A DNA stretch of 60,882 nt, counting the filler, from Rhabdomonas costata (taxonomy: Eukaryota), in assembly GCA_019059605.1 (NCBI GenBank). It is 17 parts of 17 records of this genome, joined end to end, with 100 filler letters (N's around TTAATTAATTAA, not from the genome) between each part and the next. Parts side by side here need not be neighbours in the genome. Positions count along the whole stretch, not along the records: positions 50,240 to 53,719 come from JAHMHO010000800.1; positions 53,820 to 57,296 come from JAHMHO010000801.1; positions 57,397 to 60,882 come from JAHMHO010000802.1; 14 more parts are not named here. The stretch is one strand, 5' to 3'. This document shows positions 53,591 to 60,882 of this stretch, one piece after another. The position numbers and the translations under genes are program-made. Position 1 is the stretch's first letter. Each line of letters starts with the position of its first letter. Below the pieces are notes generated by a model. That model had not been told where the DNA came from. It ran no database searches and was given only the letters and a program-made list of their open reading frames with translations.

Positions 53591-53957
53591 ATTGAAGGAA
53601 AGCTTGCCCACACTTTAACGTGGCAGATTTTGATGGATTTTGGCATAGATTCGTATTGTATTCATGTAAAATATGTTAAGGAAGTAAAACCTCAGTCAGA
53701 ATGGTCTCAACACAACCCCNNNNNNNNNNNNNNNNNNNNNNNNNNNNNNNNNNNNNNNNNNNNTTAATTAATTAANNNNNNNNNNNNNNNNNNNNNNNNN
53801 NNNNNNNNNNNNNNNNNNNGTTTTTGGTGACGCAGGCCTGTGAACCGAAAGGGTGCCTTAAGAAAACTGCGGAGATTCTATTGTTGATCAAAGCACACCG
53901 GGAGGGGGGGGGATTGTTGGAGTGGACTGTAATTTGGCTCTCTCTTTTTTCATGCAG

Positions 53958-56916
53958 GGACGTCGAACTCTCATCAGCTGTTCTTGGACCTTTCCCTTTC
54001 GATAAAGTCCAATTCCGTGCAGAGCGTTGAGGAGGCGTTGGCCTTCATGTGTGCTGAGGAGTTGCTCTCAAATGAGAACAAGTACGACTGCGACAGGTGT
54101 GGACTCATCTGACACCTTTACAATGGAATTTTTGGCTTCGTTGGGAGCCTGTGCAAGCTTGGGTCCTCTCCTTCTTCTTTGTTTCTGTGGTGCCTGGTTG
54201 AGTGTCTGTCCTCTCACCATGCCGGCTCTGCAATCTGGCCGTCGTCCTTCCATTCTTCTTTCTACTTTATCCGTCATCCGATTTTAGTCATCCCTCTGCT
54301 CACCTCTCCTGATTTCCGCCCCTCCTTCTTCCATCCCTGCCTTCCACCCTGGTTTATTGTCGGTCTGTTTTTCTGACGAATACAATTTTCAGTTTAGAAC
54401 TGTACATAGTGCCCCTGGTTTTGTTTCTTCGTTCGCACTGGTTTACCGTTCTATTTCTTCTCGCGTTCCTTCTTGTGACCCCATGCAGCACATATATAGT
54501 TTTGTTCCAGTCTGCTTTTCGTGTAAATCATTGCTGGTTTTCCTTGCGTTTTTTCTTGTAAAAGCTGTTGTGGTGCTGACCCATGCTACTGCAAAAACTG
54601 GTGTTTTTGGAAATTAGAAAGAGAAGGAGTCGAGGTTGAATTTTTGCTGTGGCTGTGCCGGGCTGAAACTGCAAAGAATGACATCCCAAACGTTGAGCAT
54701 GCCGTAAAATGTGGGAAAATGGATGACAGCAACTTCATTTATTCACCTGGAACTTTTCTCTTGAAACGCAGATGCAAAGGGTACACCACGGCGAAGAAGA
54801 AGGTTGCCGTTCATCAGGTTGTTGTGCGTTGTGTTTTCTTTCTTCCTGATCCAACTCCCCAGAGTCCATCTCCCTCGGCTCCTTCGGCTCCTCTTGCCGT
54901 TATTATAACTCATCTTCATTATCGTCTTTTTGGGAGGCGTGCTTGGCAACGTTCTCTCGCCCTTTAGCTCCGCACTGGCGACAACTTAAGATGAACTAGC
55001 ACGTTGTTGGTAGTGTCTCCGCTGCGTGGGGCAAAAAGCGGCGCAAAGGGGATACGGAAGTGCCGCCAAGGGGCACCACCACCGGCCAAGGTTGAAAGGT
55101 CATGAAACCCTGAACCCAAGGACCGCCTTTATATGCAGAAGACCCCAAACCTGCTTCGGCTTAGCCCTCTTTCTGGTCTATGCCTTTGACGTTTTTCACA
55201 TGTTTTTTCAGTGGTGTAATCCGCGGTTTTCCTGGTGGTATACCCGCTGATGTACCTTTTTTTCAGGCGCCTGTCATCCTTGCTCTTCAGCTCCAGCGCT
55301 TTGCGTACACCGGTGTGATACAGTGCAATACCTTTTATTGCTGAGTTGGCCAAACTGCCAAAAAGCTATGTGAACCACAGTGTTCCCTCAGCTGAATTGG
55401 TCGCACTGGCTTTTAATTAATCTGCAATCGTAGAAAAACGATCTGGTCAGTTGGACACCCCCAAATGGGGGATGCACAGTTGGGTGAGTGCCCTTTCTGG
55501 TGGGCGATGAACAGATAGACATACCCGTCTTACGGGCATTGGAGAGGTGTTAGACTCAGGGGGTTATGATGATGCACACTGCAGGTGCGGTGTACTCAGA
55601 CCTTACTTTTATGCATATTCCGTATGCTTTCCCAAATACGTCCCCCTTTCATGTGTGCTTTCCTTAAATTACAGCCCCAATGTTTGTTTCTGCAACAAGA
55701 CGTTTCGACAGTTGCGGGGATGCAAAAAAAAGGAGTCCGACAAACAGGCTTTCGATAAACAGGTCCGCGTACAAAGGTTGTCCAAGAATCCTCGGCTGAG
55801 CAATTCCTTCTGCTGATTAGAGGCGGGCAACGTGTCGTCTGTTGCGAAGGGGCGCGGAAAAGGAGTGGAGAAGAAGATTTGCGACGTTTGCATTTTCGGA
55901 ATAGTTCTCTCTTTTCTCTTACTTCCACCGGGCAGGATTCCTGACGGCGAAAAACGAGAAATACGTGCGTTTTGGCGAGAAGCTGGACCTGAGACCGTAC
56001 ACCACGCACCATCTCACAGGCGGCAGACACACTGGAGATCCAGGTCGCAGGCAGAGTGAACATTCTCGTTTGATGATGACTGCGCTTTCCTTATTATCGC
56101 AGTCGCCCTCGCGTTTCTCATACGGCAATGAATAACTGTTTTCTTTTTTGATAGTATTCGCAGGGCTCTCGTTCGCTTTTGACTTGGTTTCGTTGCTCTG
56201 GTTGCATTTCTGTGCAATTTTTTCCCCGCAAAAGATTACACCTATTCCTTGTACGGGATCATTGTGCATCACGGCACCCATGCCACGGCGGGGCACTACG
56301 TGGCGTTTGTGAAGCCCACCCCGCAGCATTCGTGGGTATACTGCAACGACAGCCAGTGCCAGCGGTGCGACCCCCAGGAGGTGCTCAAACAGGTCCTGCG
56401 TTCTGCCCCATCGCAGCTGCACCCCCTCCCCCTTCCCATATCATTAGAAAGACAAAAGAAAGACTGGTCTCAGATGAACTGAGCTGCAGCTTGACTGCTT
56501 GGAGAGGCTTGGCTTTATGAGTGAGTGCGCGCAGTAATTCACGCTTACCTGTCCTTTTTTATGTTACTTTTGGTTTGTAATGCCAACTTTACAAATGCTC
56601 TCGGCACTTCTTGTTGTTTTGAGTTCGTTGCTGGGTTGCGTCGTCACGCAGCGGCCCTACATGCTGTTCTATCGGAGGAATCGGCCGTTGTTCCCGGCCT
56701 CCTATCGCGCTCTTCCCGAAAACCTCCCGATCACTGCCCCTCCAAGCTCCGAGCCCCCTGTGCCGCGCAAGCGCAAGGCCCCTGCAGTGGGCGCTTCCCC
56801 CAACGGTTCCACTGCTAGCCCCAAGCTCTCGCCCTCAGCGGGGCCGGTGAGCCGGTGCGGGCAAGGCGCGGTTGCTCCCATGAACGGAGGTCCTTTTTAC
56901 ACGCGCGTCTTCCTGG
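53958..56916 (+). CDS. Ubiquitin-specific protease (peptidase C19, USP36/42-like), C-terminal half of the catalytic domain
   Basis: Exons 53958-54096, 54772-54817, 55267-55312, 55936-56043, 56235-56392 and 56652-56916 join in phase. Motifs FLDLSL, KYDCDRC, LQLQRF, His box YGIIVHHG..AGHYVAFVK..W..CNDS, and PYMLFY. Confidence 0.95.
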
Positions 56917-57550
56917 GTGAGTAGAATTTTTTCTGTGGTGGTTGTTCTTTTGTCTATCGATATGGTACTCCTAGTGACCAAATTCTCCGGACATACACGA
57001 CATACACAAACACACGGCATGGGCGTGTGAAAGGGGTCATTTGAGTGGGAAAGGGAAGGGAGACAAAGAGAACAGGACGGGAATGAAAATGGAATGAGAG
57101 AGAGCTTCGTGAGAAAAGACGGAGGGAGGGTGAAAGGATGTGAAGGGAAGCGACTTTGGGAAAGATGGCGACAAAGAGGGAGTGGTGGCTGTGGCAAGGA
57201 AAAAAGGTCAACAGAAAATGATGCTTCGGAAAGAAGCAGATCGAGATCAGTATGACAAGCGGAGGGCTGGAACCGGCAGCTACAGGACCAACCCACNNNN
57301 NNNNNNNNNNNNNNNNNNNNNNNNNNNNNNNNNNNNNNNNTTAATTAATTAANNNNNNNNNNNNNNNNNNNNNNNNNNNNNNNNNNNNNNNNNNNNGGTT
57401 TTTGGGAGGGTGTGTTTGCAGCATTTGCCGCTCTAGTTTTTTGGCCCTTCTAAGCTGTTTGAAATGGACGGTGCTGAGCTGCTGGGAGGTGCATGCGTGT
57501 GTGAATGTATGAGCAAGCTGGTTGCGCTCCTTTTGTGTTCGGGGTTGTAG

Positions 57551-59268
57551 CCGGACCACAAGGTGCAGAGCCATGGTGGTAGTGAGGGCGGCGGTGGTGA
57601 GCGCCTGGTGCTCAGCCTGGCGAAGGTGCCCAAGGGCTTGGGCCTGCTGTCGTCACGGTGGTGTCCGGGGTGCTTCGCGGTCGGCTTCAAGGCACTGTGA
57701 TTCCACGTACCCCCCTTCGTCACCTCTGCTCTCCTCACTCCAGATGCCGTGTTCCATGGACATTGGGGCTGCAAATGCACCGGCACCGCAAATGGCAGAA
57801 AACCGGCTGAAACTTCATCGGCTGTTAGTAGAGGAGTGGTAAAGATTAACTTTTTTTTACTCCTTCCAAATTTTTTAGGGGGTTTGGTGAAGCATGCCAG
57901 TGTCAGTCGATGACTTTTTTGTGGGGCTTAAAGAGCTATTATGATGCTTCCGCTCCAAAGGCTGCTGCTGGCCAATGGCGAGCCTGTTGCCAGAATTTTG
58001 CGGGCGGAGGTCAAAGCCGTGTGATACGTGGTACCGCCGAAGCGGGCGGCTGAGGCGAGAGAGAACGTTGTATGGGGGCATTTGATGCTTATTACGGACG
58101 GAAGCACTGTTACCGCTGGCAACAGTTTTTGCAAGGATGGTGTTTGCTCATCGGGTGGCTTTTAAAACCGTTGCTGAGTTGCCACTCCATCGCTCCGCCC
58201 CTTTCGCCCACATCCAAAGCTAGAAGCATCCTTTCTTCACCATTGGTCATCCTTCGTACAATTATTCGGCATTGGGAAGCAGGACGTCCGCACAGCCCGA
58301 TCACATGCCTTTGTCGATCCGTTGCAATCTCATGCTGGCTCAATCTGGGGTTCTATGCCCACACGCATTTGCGAGCAGCTTTGTCGCTGTCTGTGAGGGT
58401 TTGCATCGCCTTCCGGTGAGGCCTTGCCTCCGACTTGGTCCACTGCTCGTACACGCAGTTGGAGACGGATGAAGGCATTCTTCGGGAGAAAGCTATGTCC
58501 AGCCTGTCGAAATTCGGGCTGCAGATTGTGGTGGCCAACATGCTGCAGCACTACAACGATACGGCGTACGTGTACACCCCACAGGTGTGCTCTCAGGTAA
58601 TGGCCACGGCTGGTAGCTGTTTACTATGATGTTAGGTGGGTGTGGGTGGGGTGCTATAAAAAAGGGCTGATCGAGCGCTGGGTTCCCAGAGTTGTGGTTT
58701 AATGCGTTATAGAAGCAGCGGGTCCAACTTAAGCTCACTTCGTGCCCACTACACTACAGCTCAAGCATCAAGTCATTCTGTCAACTGGGGGCAGAAAAGG
58801 CGTCCGCCTCTACAACCACAATGCCTGAGTGAGATTTTGGGTTGCCTTTTGGGGGGCAGCTTGCTGAGCACAGATGGGTGCCAAAGTTCACCGCGGGTGA
58901 AGAGGGAAAAGTAATTTTTTCCTTATTTTTGTCTTTCGTGTGACTTGCGCTCGATACGAATCGCCTTTGAAGCCTCTGGATCAGATCGTCTCAGGACCAC
59001 ATGAACAGAATATAAAACGCTCCCTTTTGCTTATATTGCAACCGCAACAACGGTTTTGTCGCGCTCCGTCTTTCATGTTTCCCGTCCCCCTTCCATGCTT
59101 CGCCGAAGTGCTGTTCTTGCTTGGTCCAGTGATCCTGTGGTGTGTGGGCCACAGGGGGGCAAGGTGCCCACGGTGGTGCAGCGTCAGGGCTCCACAGAGA
59201 TGGAGCCAGAACTGATTTCCTTGGTCGTTCGCACCCATGACAGCTTTCGCGGCGGCGGGGGGCAATAG
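57551..59268 (+). CDS. PPCS: Phosphopantothenate--cysteine ligase (CoA biosynthesis), 3' exons
   Basis: Exons 57551-57691 (PDHKVQS...L.KVPK.L..L...WCP..FAVGFK), 58459-58584 (LETD..IL..KA...L.KF....VVANML) and 59155-59268. The FKLETD and VVAN motifs are characteristic of eukaryotic PPCS. Confidence 0.92.
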
Positions 59269-60070
59269 CCCCGTTGCACTGCCGTGCGAGCCCCGCTGTT
59301 ACTTCCGGAGCTCTCCTTTGAAGAGCGCTCCCTCCGAAAAAAAAATACAGCCGGATGTGGTAACAGATGGATGGTTTCGAGTGAAGCACATGTGACTTCG
59401 GTTGGAGTAAGGCTAGGACCTTCTCGTGGTGTAGTCCGCATTGTGTGCGGCAGGAAAAGTTGGTCGAGGTGACCCATTATCAGCACGCCTTCTTAGAACA
59501 GAGCAACGGGAAAGAGGGAGAAGACTNGGTTGGAGTAAGGCTAGGACCTTCTCGTGGTGTAGTCCGCATTGTGTGCGGCAGGAAAAGTTGGTCGAGGTGA
59601 CCCATTATCAGCACGCTTTCTTAGAACAGAGCAACGGGAAAGAGGGAGAAGACTGACGTCGACATCTTTTATGAGGCTTTTGAGTCTGGTAAGGCCGAAA
59701 CAGCTCAGCCCCTTGCAGAAGCATTTTCTTGTGAAAAGGACATTCTCTTCCGCAGGTCACAGGTCAGGTCCTCGTTGGGCAACAACGTCGCTGAATGACC
59801 ACGATACATGTTAGCCCCAAAGAGTGGTAGCCGACGGCAGCAGTAAAACAGCAAGCGGTGATCGATTGAACGGCGAGATGCAACCCGCTCAAAGTGACCT
59901 CATCTCTGACTTTGTAATTCCCACCGACCATTTTGGTACACGCTTGCGTTTGTGCTGGGGGTTACAAGGGTGCGAAGGTGCCATTTGGTAGTGGCTGGTT
60001 CTGCAATGCTTTTATTTTTGGATTTTGCTTTTTGCCGTTTGGTTACAGTTCTTTCTCCACGCACGTAAAA

Positions 60071-60134
60071 ATGCGCCTGCTTCTGGCCGTGTTGCTGGTT
60101 TTGGCGTCCTTCTGTGCCGCTGCCTCAGAAGATG
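60071..60134 (+). CDS. First exon of a secreted protein (signal peptide)
   Basis: MRLLLAVLLVLASFCAAASED followed by donor G|gtccgc. Confidence 0.55.
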
Positions 60135-60882
60135 GTCCGCCAACACACTCTCCTCCTTTCTGAGAAGAAAGGTTTACGGACACAGACGTTAAGTGCACCA
60201 TCTGGAAAGGAATAGATTCTCGGTTTTCTATCTGTCCTGATTAGAGCATACACTCCACACTTTGCGTCTCCCCGTACTCCTTTGGAGTTAGCAGACGCGC
60301 GCGGGTTTGTAAAGCAGTGTCGCGGAGGCCGTCTTGGAGTAATCTGCTTCTACCTCTTGAACGCCGCCTTCCAACTTCTAACCCCCTGCAAACTCTTCTA
60401 TTGGAATACCACGGGACCGGCGCGTCGCCCTGCGAGAAATCTGCTTGAATGGTAAGGACGGTGCATTGCCCTGATCCCGTCCAAACTTTTTGTGTCAAGC
60501 GCTGAACCACTGAACCACTGGAGGACCATTGCTCACTACCTTTCCGGCGAAATTTGCGTGCAAAAACGTTTGCTATGCGATGTCCCCTAAAATGCTGCAT
60601 TTGAACCTCGCAGCAGCGCACTGAAAATGCGACACAGTGACATGCTTTTCCTCGCGCGGTTCTCAACTTGATGGGTATTAACCAAGTTTTTTCCTATATC
60701 CTCCATGCCTCTCGAAATAGCATCGCCAAAAGCCAGCCACCACCAATTGCACTAAGCACTCCTCAACGTTAAGCAGTGCTACACAAAGCTTCGGCCATCC
60801 CGTACCTCTCCAACCATATACCGCGGACTAGCCTCCTCCCCTGAAGTAAAACTTTCCCACTAATCCCCTAACCCCCCCAACC

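Noticed and set aside
59400-59654. 127-bp direct duplication separated by a single N
   Set aside because: The typical result of scaffolding two overlapping contig ends. The copies differ by about one base, so it is probably an artefact or two haplotypes.
60855-60882. Telomere-like CCCTAA at the window end
   Set aside because: A single unit merging into the A/C-only primer scar; there is no array.

Overview
This window is not one continuous locus. It is 17 unrelated contigs of about 3.5 kb each, joined by artificial 100-nt spacers (N44-TTAATTAATTAA-N44), so gene order across spacers means nothing. The DNA comes from an intron-dense eukaryote; a euglenozoan-type protist is my guess and cannot be proven from the sequence. 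Most contig ends carry roughly 10 nt of only G/T (starts) or only A/C (ends), which points to whole-genome amplification with G/T-degenerate primers. Spliced gene fragments I could reconstruct: purple acid phosphatase, MAP2K-like kinase, OFD1/FOPNL-like protein, secreted EEP-domain protein, Cache-type membrane receptor, double TB2/DP1/HVA22 protein, CaMK1-like kinase, PH-domain protein, SMYD-like SET protein, USP deubiquitinase and phosphopantothenate-cysteine ligase, plus several hypothetical genes. Mobile DNA includes two inverted decayed non-LTR retrotransposons (RT plus RNase H), a long intronless Helitron-like ORF with an apparently inactive USP-like domain, and a dispersed ~250-bp repeat family. 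The most interesting signals are the Helitron-like pseudo-USP ORF and the splicing code: very degenerate 5' splice sites that favour +4U and avoid +4A, GC-AG introns with non-consensus donors, and microexons. I found no convincing complete novel system.
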